A program made the translations under genes and the position numbers. Below are positions 8,854-18,528 of a stretch of 64,000 nt of DNA, in pieces; position 1 is the stretch's first letter, and each line of letters opens with the position of its first letter. Source of the DNA: Acidobacteriota bacterium (GTDB lineage: Bacteria; Acidobacteriota; UBA890; WLXD01). The notes beneath the pieces are model-generated. The model had not been told where the DNA came from, ran no database searches, and was given only the letters and a program-made list of their open reading frames with translations. Location: NCBI GenBank assembly GCA_963666215.2, contig CAXWPL010000004.1:896001-960000 (forward strand). The letters are read 5' to 3'.

Positions 8854-8882
8854 AACACCGTCGGCCATGGCACTACCGCTCG

Positions 8883-9770
8883 CTACCCAGGCAGAGCCGC
8901 AAGCGTATCGGCGAGCCAGAGCGCGAAAAGACCGATCGTGGTGCCGACGATGAGGTCGATGACGTAGTGATAGCGGCCGTAGACGGTAGCGACGAACATC
9001 ACGCCGGCCACGGAGCCGCCGATCAGACCACCGGTGAGGCCCCAGATACGGATGCACCAGATCACGAAGACGATCGCGGTGGAGCTGTGTGCGCTCGGCA
9101 TGGCGCCGCCCTTGTGCGCCGTGGTGCCCCACATGATCTTGTTCATGAAGTTGGTGACGACGTAGCCCGACAGGATCTTCTCGTCGTCGGGCAGATGGCC
9201 CTGATCGACCAGTGCCCAGCGCGGTCCCCACAGCGGCGTCAACGGGTAGATTGAATAGCAGATCGCGTAGCCGAGGTTCACCGACAGCGCCATGGCTTCG
9301 AAGCGCTCGAAGTCGCCAGCGTAATGCAACGCTACGCCGAGCACCGGGGTGTAGAAGTAGTACGAGAAGTAGAAGAAGTTCATCGTCTCGTTCAACAGCC
9401 GCGATCGACCACGCGCCATCCACAAGCTCGGCTGGCCGAACATGCGACCATCCCAGTCGATGAGCTGGCGGTCGTAGCTGAACTCCGGCGGGTAGTAGAA
9501 GTGCAGCGTGCGGCCGGCCCAGGCGTAGCCCCACCAGAAGAAGACGATGGGCGCCCACAGCCGCAGGCCCAGAAGGAGAGGCCAGTCGTTCCAGCGTTCG
9601 CCGCCGCCCAGCTGGCTGAGCACGAAGAAGCCAACGCCTAGCAGCAGATTGGTGAGGTGCGCACGGCCGGCGTGCGGCGACGGACGGCGCGCGATCAGGT
9701 AGTGAAGCGAGTTCACCAGCAGGAGGGGCAAGGTGAACAGGCAGAGCACGCTTCCGTAGTAGTTCGACAT
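8883..9770 (-). CDS. PAP2-family (AUR1-like) membrane phosphatase/phosphotransferase
   Basis: GPR, AMPSAHS and TVYGRYHYVIDLIVG motifs; multiple TM helices. Confidence 0.85.
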   Translation of the reverse strand: MSNYYGSVLCLFTLPLLLVNSLHYLIARRPSPHAGRAHLTNLLLGVGFFVLSQLGGGERWNDWPLLLGLRLWAPIVFFWWGYAWAGRTLHFYYPPEFSYDRQLIDWDGRMFGQPSLWMARGRSRLLNETMNFFYFSYYFYTPVLGVALHYAGDFERFEAMALSVNLGYAICYSIYPLTPLWGPRWALVDQGHLPDDEKILSGYVVTNFMNKIMWGTTAHKGGAMPSAHSSTAIVFVIWCIRIWGLTGGLIGGSVAGVMFVATVYGRYHYVIDLIVGTTIGLFALWLADTLAALPG

Positions 9771-9796
9771 TTCAGCGGGTCAGCGGGTCGACGGAT

Positions 9797-10654
9797 CTAG
9801 CGGGCCAGCACGTCGCCGGCGCCGGGCATTACGAGCGCTGTCATCTGGCTTGCAGTCGGCGGCCAGTCGATTACCAGGCCGCGCCCAATGCCCTGTACCA
9901 CCTTCTCACCGTACAGGTGATCGACCAGGTACATCGCCACGTCGTAGCTGCGTGCTCCGCCCTGCGATGTCATCGCCTTGCCGTCGTGAACGAAGCTGAC
10001 GCCGCGGCGCTGGTCGAGCTGAGGAAAGTCCGCCGCGTAGCGGTCCTGATCGCCCGGAAAGGTGGTGCTGGCAACGTTGTCGAGGAGGCCAGCGGAGGCC
10101 AGGACAAAAGCGCCATCGCAGAGCGAGACGATGTAGCGAGCCTTCGATCCGACTTCCGCGACCCACCCCATCATCTCCTCGTCCTCGAGGTCGGTGGTCA
10201 TGCTCCCCTCGGCGCTGGGAATCAACAGGATGTCGATCTCTGGGGCCGTTTCGAAGCTGTAGTGCGGCATCAGCCGCAGGCCTTCGAAGGTGGTGATCGG
10301 GCTGCCGTCAGACGAGACGGTGAAGACCTCGATGCCGGGCTGAGTGTGGAAGATCGTGTGCTGGAGGATGTCGTAGGGCGCGACCAGCTCGCTGTTGTAC
10401 ACGCCGTCCACAACCAAGAAGCCGGCGCGCAACGCACGATCGGCGGGCAACTGGGGCGCGGCGACACGTTCCCACGGTGCTTTCGCCGACAGCGTCGCTT
10501 CTGTCTCCCCGACCTCGCCAGGACGTTCGTCCGCTGTCGCGGCGCAACCGTTCGTCGCCAGCAGACCCAGCCCGGTCAGGACGACCAGCGCCAACACGCC
10601 AGGCGAGTAACGGGTTGCCCCGCGTAAGCCACGGCACGGTGTCAGGTCCGGCAT
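9797..10654 (-). CDS. DJ-1/PfpI family protein with signal peptide
   Basis: DGVYNSE, SLCDGAFVLA; AGGAG before the ATG at 10654. Confidence 0.85.
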   Translation of the reverse strand: MPDLTPCRGLRGATRYSPGVLALVVLTGLGLLATNGCAATADERPGEVGETEATLSAKAPWERVAAPQLPADRALRAGFLVVDGVYNSELVAPYDILQHTIFHTQPGIEVFTVSSDGSPITTFEGLRLMPHYSFETAPEIDILLIPSAEGSMTTDLEDEEMMGWVAEVGSKARYIVSLCDGAFVLASAGLLDNVASTTFPGDQDRYAADFPQLDQRRGVSFVHDGKAMTSQGGARSYDVAMYLVDHLYGEKVVQGIGRGLVIDWPPTASQMTALVMPGAGDVLAR

Positions 10655-10739
10655 CGGGGTCTCCTGATTCATTCGAGGGTCGTGAGCGGGTCTTTGAAGG
10701 AGGTCAGGTGGCCGATAACACGCGCCGCGTGGCAGGCCG

Positions 10740-12197
10740 CTACTGGATATAGCCAAGAGCGCGGAGCTGTTCGAGGGTCGCCTCGTCGAGCTCGATGCTC
10801 TCGGTGGCAAGCGGTGCGCGCGTGTCGAGTGCCGCCTGCAGGTTGCGCTCGAGCATCTGTCTGATGGCTGGCTGCTCGGCGCTGCGATCCACCAGCTCGA
10901 GTGGGTCGACGATGAGGTCGAACAACTTGTTGTCGTACAGCTTCCAGCGCAGCGTGCGAATAGCCAGCGGGTTCTTCTCCTGCCAGCGGTCGCGTTGAGC
11001 AATCGTGAAGAGGGTTTCCGGCCGTTCGTCGCCGGCCGATTCGAGCAGGCTCCGTCCCTCGAAGGTCCCCGGGTTGTCGATTCCCAGCACGTCGACAACC
11101 GTCGGCAGCAAATCGATGCCGCGTGCAAGATCTTGAACCCGTCGTCCGGCGCCAACCGAATCGGGAAACTTGATTGCCAGCGGCACGCGCAGAAGCTCAT
11201 CGTACAGCGTGTACGAATGCCAGCCGATACGGTCGTGGTCGGCGAACTCTTCGCCATGATCGGCGGTGGCGATGATCAGGCTGCGCTCGTATCGGCCGCT
11301 CGACTTGAGGTAGTCGATGAGGACGCCGAACGAGTTGTCCATGCTGCGGATCTCGGCGTCGTATTGCAGCACGATCTCGTCGTAAAGCGGCTGCGTGAGC
11401 TCAATCTTGTCGTTGTTGATCTTGCGCAGTGTGGCGACCTCGATGCCATCCTTGGTGAGCTCCGCGACCTCCGCGTCGGGCTCCGGCACGTTCGCGTCGC
11501 GTCGCATGAGTCGCAGCGTGTTGGCCGTCGGCGTGTACGGGTGGTGGACCTCGTAGGTGTGTACGAACAGAAAGAAAGGCGCTCCATCCAGCGTACTCAC
11601 CCAGTTGGTCGCGCGGCCCACACCATCGCTGAAACGGCGAGTCATGTAGTTGTTGGTCGTCAGTCCATCGTAGACGTCGAATCCCTGTGCGAAGCCCCAG
11701 CTTGGCGCCGTCTGGCCACCGTCGGTAACCGCTCCAGTGGCCATCCCGGAGAGACTGAGGATTTCCGCCATGGTCAGCAACTCGTCGGCCAAAGGCCTAC
11801 GCCCCGAGGCGCTGGCGCCGTGGTGTGGCGGAATGAGCGATGTGAAGATCGAGGCGTGCGACGGCAGCGTAGAGGGCGCCTGCGCGATGGCATTGTCGAA
11901 CACCACCGCCTCTTCGCAGAATGCGTCGATGTTCGGGGTGGTCGGCCGTTCGTAACCGAAGCATCCGACGTGGTCGCGACGCAGCGTGTCGAGTGAGATC
12001 AGGACCACATTGCAGTCGAAGCACCGCGCCTCGTCGCTGGTCGGTGGTCGGTCCGAGTACGGACTCGTGTCGGCGCCGGCCAGCAGAGCCGCCAGCACGG
12101 GGCCACCGTCTGCCATCTGACAGCAGAAAGCGACGACGAGTAGCACGAGCGGGAATGGTTTCACGACGTTGGTTGCCCTTCTTGTCGACAGCTGCAC
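10740..12197 (-). CDS. Sulfatase-like hydrolase
   Basis: SLDTLRRDH, TLPSHASIFT, ADHGEEF, QLRALGYI; start uncertain. Confidence 0.88.
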   Translation of the reverse strand: MQLSTRRATNVVKPFPLVLLVVAFCCQMADGGPVLAALLAGADTSPYSDRPPTSDEARCFDCNVVLISLDTLRRDHVGCFGYERPTTPNIDAFCEEAVVFDNAIAQAPSTLPSHASIFTSLIPPHHGASASGRRPLADELLTMAEILSLSGMATGAVTDGGQTAPSWGFAQGFDVYDGLTTNNYMTRRFSDGVGRATNWVSTLDGAPFFLFVHTYEVHHPYTPTANTLRLMRRDANVPEPDAEVAELTKDGIEVATLRKINNDKIELTQPLYDEIVLQYDAEIRSMDNSFGVLIDYLKSSGRYERSLIIATADHGEEFADHDRIGWHSYTLYDELLRVPLAIKFPDSVGAGRRVQDLARGIDLLPTVVDVLGIDNPGTFEGRSLLESAGDERPETLFTIAQRDRWQEKNPLAIRTLRWKLYDNKLFDLIVDPLELVDRSAEQPAIRQMLERNLQAALDTRAPLATESIELDEATLEQLRALGYIQ

Positions 12198-12248
12198 CGA
12201 AGGACGCCAAGTCTAGCCCGTCGGAGAAGTCTGCCCGAGCGGTCCTAG

Positions 12249-13573
12249 CAGGCTGCTGAAAAACGGCTCACGAGTGTCGATCCGGTCCCCGAGCGGCAGC
12301 GTGGAGTAGGCATGGCGCGCACCGTTGAAGGGGGGCGATCGCAAACGACCCTTCGCTCGTCACCTCGAGAGGCGGTTTGGCGCTCCCGGGTCCCACTACC
12401 TTCACGTCAGCGCCTCGAGATTGCGCATTCTCACCAAGGTGAACGCTGCCGCGGTGAAGACGAACATCCAGCCGACGCGGTCGACCCCTCGGTGCTTCGT
12501 CTTGCGGATCAGTCCTACTGTCTTGCCCCAGCCAAAGACCTGCTCGACGAGCTTGCGTTTGACCTGGCTTTGCTTGTACCCGGCGTGCCTCGTGGTGCGG
12601 CCATCGATCGCGCTGCGTCTGTTGGTGTCGTTCTGCGCCACATACGGCGTTACGTTCCGATCTCTCAGCTTGCCGACGCACTCCTTGGTGTCGTAGTTCT
12701 TGTCGCCACCCATAGTCACGCGATCTGTCCCGGGGATCTCGCCGGCCATCGCCACTGCCGCATCTCGTTCCGCTGTGCCTGAAGCCTTCGTTACCATCGC
12801 GTTGGTCGGCAGCCCGTGGCGGTTGTCGACTACCAGGTGGCCCATGTAGCAGAGCTTCGCCTCGGATCCCTTGCTCTTCCTATACAGGCGGGCGTCAGGA
12901 TCGGTTCTCGAGGCGTGTGTATCGCTCTTGCGCCGCTGTTTGCGGAAATCGACGTCCGGGTTCCGGCCGCCACCACTGGGTGGATCCTGCCGCCCGCTCG
13001 GGTCTTTGGGCTGGTAGCTCTTGTGCGATGCCCACGCTTCGATCAGCGTTCCATCAACGGTGAAGTGCTCGTCCGATAGCAGTCCGCGCCTGCGCGCTTG
13101 CTCCACGACTTGCTCGAAGAACACTTCGGCGACCTCACCACCGAGCACCCGGTCTCGGTTCTTGGTGAACACCGTCGCATCCCACACCGCATCGTCCATG
13201 TTCAAGCCCACGAACCAGCGGAATAGCAGGTTGTAGTCGAGCTGCTCCATCAGCATGCGCTCGGAGCGGATCGTATACAGCACCTGCAGCAGCAATGCCC
13301 GCAACAGCTTCTCCGGCGGGATCGACGGCCGCCCCGTGTGCGAGTACATGCCGGCGAACAGTGGCGACATCTGTTCCAGCACGTTGTTGACGATCTTCAG
13401 CAGCCGCCGCAGCGGATGGTCCTTCGGTACCCTCTGCTCGGGCGAGATATAGCTGAACGCTGCCACTTGACCCGCGTCTTCACCACGCATCTGCTCACCT
13501 CGTCGATGCTTCCGGTTGGCACGGGGCTGCATGGGTCAAGCTACATGAACGCTAGGAGTTTTTCAGCAGCCTG
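12249..13573 (-). mobile_element. IS5/IS1182-like element, copy 1 (1325 bp), CTAG target duplication
   Basis: Inverted repeats CAGGCTGCTGAAAAAC; CTAG at 12245-12248 and 13574-13577. Confidence 0.93.
12402..13490 (-). CDS. DDE transposase (DUF772 N-terminus)
   Basis: MRGED...FSYISPEQRVPKDHPLR, GRPSIPPE, VDGTLIEA, GDKNYD; GAGGTG RBS. Confidence 0.92.
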   Translation of the reverse strand: MRGEDAGQVAAFSYISPEQRVPKDHPLRRLLKIVNNVLEQMSPLFAGMYSHTGRPSIPPEKLLRALLLQVLYTIRSERMLMEQLDYNLLFRWFVGLNMDDAVWDATVFTKNRDRVLGGEVAEVFFEQVVEQARRRGLLSDEHFTVDGTLIEAWASHKSYQPKDPSGRQDPPSGGGRNPDVDFRKQRRKSDTHASRTDPDARLYRKSKGSEAKLCYMGHLVVDNRHGLPTNAMVTKASGTAERDAAVAMAGEIPGTDRVTMGGDKNYDTKECVGKLRDRNVTPYVAQNDTNRRSAIDGRTTRHAGYKQSQVKRKLVEQVFGWGKTVGLIRKTKHRGVDRVGWMFVFTAAAFTLVRMRNLEALT

Positions 13574-13694
13574 CTAGACGGCGGTGGCGCGCGAGGCTAG
13601 ATTGGAGGCATCGCTCGGGGGCGAGCTGGTCGGGGAAGGCGAGTGCGGCGTCGCCGCGGCCGCCTGTGAGGGGGCATCCAAGTTCAGGTGACCC

Positions 13695-14618
13695 ATGGAC
13701 GCTCGCTCCCGGCCTCTTTCTGCTGATCTCCGTCGCCCTTGCTCGTCTCGTCGCTGGTACTCCGGGCGCCGCGCTTTGCTGGTCGCTACTGGCGCCCGGG
13801 CTGTCGTTGTCGCCGTAGCTCTGACGCTCGTCCTGGCCGCCCCCACCCAGGCTCAGGAGGCCGCGTCCGACGAAGCAGCGGTCAAGCCGTGGACCAACGA
13901 GGCGGAGCTCTCGTTCGTCCGCACCAGCGGCAACACTACGACCACGAGCCTCTCGTTTGCTGATCGTTTCGCCTACAACTGGACCTACTCAGAGCTCGTT
14001 GTTCGAGCCTCGCTGCTCAAGGCCTCGCGGGATCTCCGCGTGCTCACCAGCGAGGACGGCGTCGTCACGGCGGACTTTCTGAGCGAAGACATCGCCGAGG
14101 CCTACGACTTCAACGGCCAGTACCGACGCAATGTTTTCGGCAACCTCTTCTGGTACATCGGGGCCGGCTGGTATCGCAACGAATTTGCCGGCCTGAGCAA
14201 TCGCTATCACGCTGGCGCGGGATTCGGCTACCGCTTCGTCGAGAACGAGCGCTCAACGGCCATCGGCGAGATCGGCGTCAACCTGACTCGCGAGGAGCAA
14301 ACCAATCTTTCAGAAGACACCTACGTCGAGGTTCGCGGCTTCCTCGGCGTGAAGCACAAGCTCAACGACAACACCGACTTCGCCACCGATCTCGAGATCC
14401 TTCCCAACGTCACCGATTTCGAGGACCTACGCCTGAACTCGGTGACCTCGCTGAGCGCGCGTCTTACGGACGTGCTGGCGCTGCGAATCGGCCTTACGAT
14501 CCACTACGACCGATTGCCGGTCGTGTTCCGCCTCGACTCACCGACCGGCGTCCCAGCGTTCTTCACGCTGCAGACCACCGACACGTTGCTGTCGACCGCG
14601 TTGGTGTTGAAGTTCTAG
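13695..14618 (+). CDS. DUF481/YdiY-like outer-membrane beta-barrel protein
   Basis: W...ELSFVRTSGNT, RNEFAGL..RY..GAGFGY, C-terminal LVLKF. Confidence 0.8.
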   Translation: MDARSRPLSADLRRPCSSRRWYSGRRALLVATGARAVVVAVALTLVLAAPTQAQEAASDEAAVKPWTNEAELSFVRTSGNTTTTSLSFADRFAYNWTYSELVVRASLLKASRDLRVLTSEDGVVTADFLSEDIAEAYDFNGQYRRNVFGNLFWYIGAGWYRNEFAGLSNRYHAGAGFGYRFVENERSTAIGEIGVNLTREEQTNLSEDTYVEVRGFLGVKHKLNDNTDFATDLEILPNVTDFEDLRLNSVTSLSARLTDVLALRIGLTIHYDRLPVVFRLDSPTGVPAFFTLQTTDTLLSTALVLKF

Positions 14619-14645
14619 CCTCCGAGTCGGGGTGGTTGGCGCTTC

Positions 14646-15683
14646 CTACGGCGTGCGCGCTCCTAGCCAGCGTTCGCTCGCCGTGTGCAGCGGCAGCGGT
14701 GCGCGTCGCAGTGCGTCCAGATCGATTTGCGACGCGATCGGGTTGACTCGAATCAGCTCGTCGCGGCGATCGAGCAGCGCGTTCAGGAGCGCCTCGACCG
14801 TGGCGTCGTCGAGGTCGCTGCGGCCCACCAGCCAGTTCATGACGGTGGCTGCGGCGAGGTCGTTCTCGACTCCGGGGTAGGCGCCCGCCGGCAGAGCGCC
14901 GTGGCCATAGTGCGGATGTCGATCGCTGAGCTCGAGCAGTCGTTCTGGCTCGAGGCCTAGCAGTTTGACGCCTGCCGCCGTCGTGGCTTCGAGTACCGCG
15001 GCCGCGGGGTAGCCGACCACGAAGATGGCGGCATCGATCGCACCGTCGCGCAGCGCGGACGCCGATTCGGAGAAGGACAGGAAGCGCTCGTCGATGTCGT
15101 CGTAGTCGAGCCCGTGTGCCTCGAGCAGGTCTCGCGCGGCCTGCTCGGTGCCACTTCCGGCGGCTCCGACAGAAACGCGGCGCCCGGCGAAATCGCTCAC
15201 CGAGGTGGCCGCGAACGAGCGTCCGACGAGCACGTGGAGCACGCTCGGGTAGAGCGGCGCGAGCACGCGGACGTTGCCGTATCGGGCGGCGTCGCGGGTG
15301 GTTTGAAGCAGTGTCGTTCCGATCGTGAAGCCGATGTCAATCTCGCCAGCGGCGATGCGATTGAGGTTCTCCACGGCGCCACCGCTAACTTCTGCCGTAA
15401 CCGTCAAGTGCGTGTCGGTGCTCGAGAGCATGCCGGCGATCGCCCCGCCCAGCGGGTAGTAGATGCCGCCGGTGCCGCCGGTGCCGATGCTCAGGAAACG
15501 GGTGGGTTGTCCCCCAGAGCCGGAGTTGCAACCGCTCAGCGCCGGCACCAGCGCAGCTAACGCGACGAGGGCACGCGTGCGACGGACGTTGGTGCTGGCG
15601 GGTCGGATGAGTCTCCTGGCTTCACCCGACAGCTCGGGCCGAGCCGACGACGAACACTTCGATTCGAAAGGGCGATTAGCCAT
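14646..15683 (-). CDS. TAXI-family TRAP solute-binding protein
   Basis: IGTGGTGGIYYPLG, SGGAVEN, VSVGAAGSGT; start uncertain. Confidence 0.9.
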   Translation of the reverse strand: MANRPFESKCSSSARPELSGEARRLIRPASTNVRRTRALVALAALVPALSGCNSGSGGQPTRFLSIGTGGTGGIYYPLGGAIAGMLSSTDTHLTVTAEVSGGAVENLNRIAAGEIDIGFTIGTTLLQTTRDAARYGNVRVLAPLYPSVLHVLVGRSFAATSVSDFAGRRVSVGAAGSGTEQAARDLLEAHGLDYDDIDERFLSFSESASALRDGAIDAAIFVVGYPAAAVLEATTAAGVKLLGLEPERLLELSDRHPHYGHGALPAGAYPGVENDLAAATVMNWLVGRSDLDDATVEALLNALLDRRDELIRVNPIASQIDLDALRRAPLPLHTASERWLGARTP

Positions 15684-17682
15684 CGGCGGCCTTCGTAAAT
15701 GCAAGCCTGGTACGGGCGAGCATGGAAGCTCCCAGGACGACCGCTCCGGCAACATCGGTCGCCAGGTCGGGAAACAGTAGCGTCAGCGCGGCGGCAGCGA
15801 GCACGGCGCGCTCCCAGCCAGGAAGGCGGCGATTGTGGTACCCGGAGCCCGCGGCCGCAAGGGCGGTGACACCCGCCAAGCCGCTGATCACGGCGATGAC
15901 GATGTCGAGCGGCGGGGCGTCGAGCAGCAGCGCCGGTCCGTACACAAACATGAACGGCACAACGAAGCCGGTGCTCGCCAACGCAACCGCCGCTGTGGCC
16001 GTCCGCAGCGGTGATGCCTCGGCGATCCCGGCGGCGGCGTAGGCCGCGAGCGCCACGGGTGGCGTGATATTGGAGATGCAGCCGAAGTAAAAGATGAACA
16101 GGTGCGCCGCGAGCATCGGCACTCCGAGCTCGACGAGCGCGGGTGCACCAAGGGCTGCCAGAACGACGTAGGCGGCGGTTGTCGGGAGACCCATTCCGAG
16201 GACCACCGAGCCGGCGGCGGTGAGCAGCAGCGCCACGGGCAAGTGTCCGTTGGACAGTGTGACGATGAGCTCCGACATACGCAGTCCGATTCCGGTCAGA
16301 GTTGCAATGCCGACGATGATGCCCGCGGTGGCGCATGCCGCCGCTACCTGCACGCTGCCTGCCGCGGCCGCGACCACGATCTGGCGCAGCTTGCCTACGC
16401 TCGGCCGCGTGGTGCGACTGGCGAACGAGAGCGCCAGCGCCGACGCCACTCCCCAGAAGGCCGCGCGCATGGGAGATCGGCCCAGGGCCAGCAGCGCGAC
16501 GATGGCCACGAGCGGCAACAACAGGTGCAGGCGCGAACGTATGGAGGGTTGCGGTCCCTCCTCGATCTCGGCCAGCTGCGGCTCCGACGACGAGCTTGGT
16601 CGATTCAACTCGGCTTGATCGTGGCGCGCTGAGCTCGCGTTCGCCGCGCGCTGTTGCCGCCGGGCCGAGAAATGAATGCCGAGGAGCAACGCGGCGTAGT
16701 AGAGCAGCGCCGGTACCACCGCCGCGGTGGCGACACGGAGGTAGGGGATGTTCGTCCAGGTGGCGAGGATGAACGCGCCGGCGCCCATGATCGGTGGCAT
16801 CAGCTGGCCGCCGGTGCTCGCCGCCGCCTCGATTGCCGCGGCCTGTCGCGGCTCAAAGCCGGCCCGCTTCATCAGGGGAATCGTCAGACTGCCGGTTGTC
16901 ACGACGTTGGCGACGGCGCTTCCCGACAGCGAGCCCATCAGGGCGCTCGCCAGAGCGGCGGTCTTGGCTGGCCGATCGTCCGGCAAGAGCACGCCGACCG
17001 CGCCCTCTGGGCACTCCGTGCTTCTGGCCAGGCTCTTTGCCCGGTCGTGCCGGCCCCCGGCGACGCCAGCCGCGAGTGTGATGAGAAGTTGCCCGCCTCC
17101 GGCGCCATCGAGGAGCGCACCGAACAGCACGAAGAGGTAGACGAAGTTGGCCGAGACCGCCAGCGGGATCCCCCAGATTCCCTCTGTCGACAGGTAGAGC
17201 TGCTGAATGATGCGCGCCACACCGTAGCCCCGGTGGGCAAGGATTCCAGGCAGGTAGGGGCCCGCCAGCCCGTAGACCAGTGCCGCTACAGCGACGCTAA
17301 CCAGACCCCAACCCGTTGTTCGCCGCGCCAGCTCGAGCACGGCGACGATTGTCAGCCCGCCAAGCACGAGGTCGAGCGTCGTCGCCGTGCCGATGCGGCG
17401 CACCAGTTCCTCGTTGGCCCACACCAGGTATGCACAAGCGGACGCGAGAACCACGATCAGCGTCGTATCAACGGTGCTCGCCAACCGCGACACGTGACGG
17501 CTCGTGCCTTCTTGGGTAGCGGCGCGAACGCCCACTCCGAGAAACCCGAGCGTGGCCATCAACGCCAGGTGAACAGGTCGCTGGACCAGGGCGGTGAACG
17601 GCGAGAAGCCGGCGGCGTACAAATGGAAGCTCGCTGCCCCGAGGGCAACGGCGGCGATGACGTGGCGGCGCATGGCCGGCAT
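15676..17682 (-). CDS. TRAP transporter 4TM/12TM fused permease
   Basis: GSAVANVVTTG, ASTGGQLMPPIMGAGAF, GMGLPTTAAY, NITPPVAL. Confidence 0.92.
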   Translation of the reverse strand: MPAMRRHVIAAVALGAASFHLYAAGFSPFTALVQRPVHLALMATLGFLGVGVRAATQEGTSRHVSRLASTVDTTLIVVLASACAYLVWANEELVRRIGTATTLDLVLGGLTIVAVLELARRTTGWGLVSVAVAALVYGLAGPYLPGILAHRGYGVARIIQQLYLSTEGIWGIPLAVSANFVYLFVLFGALLDGAGGGQLLITLAAGVAGGRHDRAKSLARSTECPEGAVGVLLPDDRPAKTAALASALMGSLSGSAVANVVTTGSLTIPLMKRAGFEPRQAAAIEAAASTGGQLMPPIMGAGAFILATWTNIPYLRVATAAVVPALLYYAALLLGIHFSARRQQRAANASSARHDQAELNRPSSSSEPQLAEIEEGPQPSIRSRLHLLLPLVAIVALLALGRSPMRAAFWGVASALALSFASRTTRPSVGKLRQIVVAAAAGSVQVAAACATAGIIVGIATLTGIGLRMSELIVTLSNGHLPVALLLTAAGSVVLGMGLPTTAAYVVLAALGAPALVELGVPMLAAHLFIFYFGCISNITPPVALAAYAAAGIAEASPLRTATAAVALASTGFVVPFMFVYGPALLLDAPPLDIVIAVISGLAGVTALAAAGSGYHNRRLPGWERAVLAAAALTLLFPDLATDVAGAVVLGASMLARTRLAFTKAADG

Positions 17683-17804
17683 ACAATACCGCCGCGTGGA
17701 TCAATGCCCTTGGCCGTCATCGACTCGCCGGGTGCTCGCAGGTTGGCGAGCGCGTTCACGCGCCACGGGTTGGCCAAGCCGCACTCACACGGGAGCTCGC
17801 GCTT

Positions 17805-18467
17805 TTGTCCTTTCGGTTTCTTCGATTCGATTCTGTCTCTCGACTCTCGCGACTCGATTGTTTGTGCGCCGATCCACTGTTGAGCAGTGCCGATGGCGCT
17901 GTTTCGCGGCTCTGGTCGCCGCTACTCGTTCTGTTGTTGACCGTCGGTTGCGCGGGCGAAGTCTCTACGCCGACGCCCGACGAGACCGAAGCGCTCGCCC
18001 GCGCGGCGTTCCCGCAGTCGGAGGTCCGCGTTAATGAGGTAACAAGAACCACCGATCGTATGGTTGCCCCGGCGGAGTTCAACGGCGTCGAAGTGGAGCT
18101 GCGATTCAGGCTCGTCGGTCGCAGCTGGGAGCTCGAGAGCGTCGAACAGGGAGACGTGGAGCTCACCCCCGACGAGCTGCGCGCTGTTGGCGAAACGATG
18201 CAGGTGATGCAGGCGATCTCGGGAGCGCTGGCCAGCTACCGCGACGCAACCGGCGACTATCCGCTGCTCGACGACCAGGTAGGTCTCCGCGAGCTGGTCC
18301 CCGATCACTACGCAGCCGACGCCAGTCTCAACGATCGTTGGGACGTGCCGCTGCGATATAGGCGTCAAGGGTCCGACTACACGCTCACCTCAGCCGGGCC
18401 GGACGGCCTGCCGTCGACTCAGGACGACATCGTTCTGGTCAACTCGCGGTTCGAGAACGGCCAGTAG
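17805..18467 (+). CDS. Lipoprotein with a GspG-like pseudopilin C-terminal domain
   Basis: TVGC lipobox-like; DRWDVPLRY...YTLTSAGPDG...DDI; true start probably downstream. Confidence 0.65.
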   Translation: MSFRFLRFDSVSRLSRLDCLCADPLLSSADGAVSRLWSPLLVLLLTVGCAGEVSTPTPDETEALARAAFPQSEVRVNEVTRTTDRMVAPAEFNGVEVELRFRLVGRSWELESVEQGDVELTPDELRAVGETMQVMQAISGALASYRDATGDYPLLDDQVGLRELVPDHYAADASLNDRWDVPLRYRRQGSDYTLTSAGPDGLPSTQDDIVLVNSRFENGQ

Positions 18468-18528
18468 GACGGCAGCTGAAGCCGATTCGGTGACAATCGG
18501 ACGCCCTACGAGCCTTGCGACGTGGCCC

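Larger units (their letters stand above)
3229..8855. mobile_element. Integrated small plasmid, circularly permuted within repA; 5622-bp circle including an IS256 copy
   Basis: TTGAA direct repeat at 3229-3233 and 8851-8855; repA 3' half at the left end and 5' half at the right end; parA/parG, TA module, iterons and AT-rich intergenic DNA inside. Confidence 0.85.

Noticed and set aside
3217-8865. GCCGACGGTGTT / AACACCGTCGGC as terminal inverted repeats of a transposon
   Set aside because: They lie outside the TTGAA direct repeats and rebuild a single hairpin at the empty site, so they belong to the chromosomal target. No matching transposase is present.
10995-11996. Long antisense ORFs (also 16654-17883, 33953-35608, 40786-42186, 46858-48765, 54896-56281)
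   Set aside because: They are shadows of real genes on the opposite strand, as expected in high-GC DNA, and show no motifs
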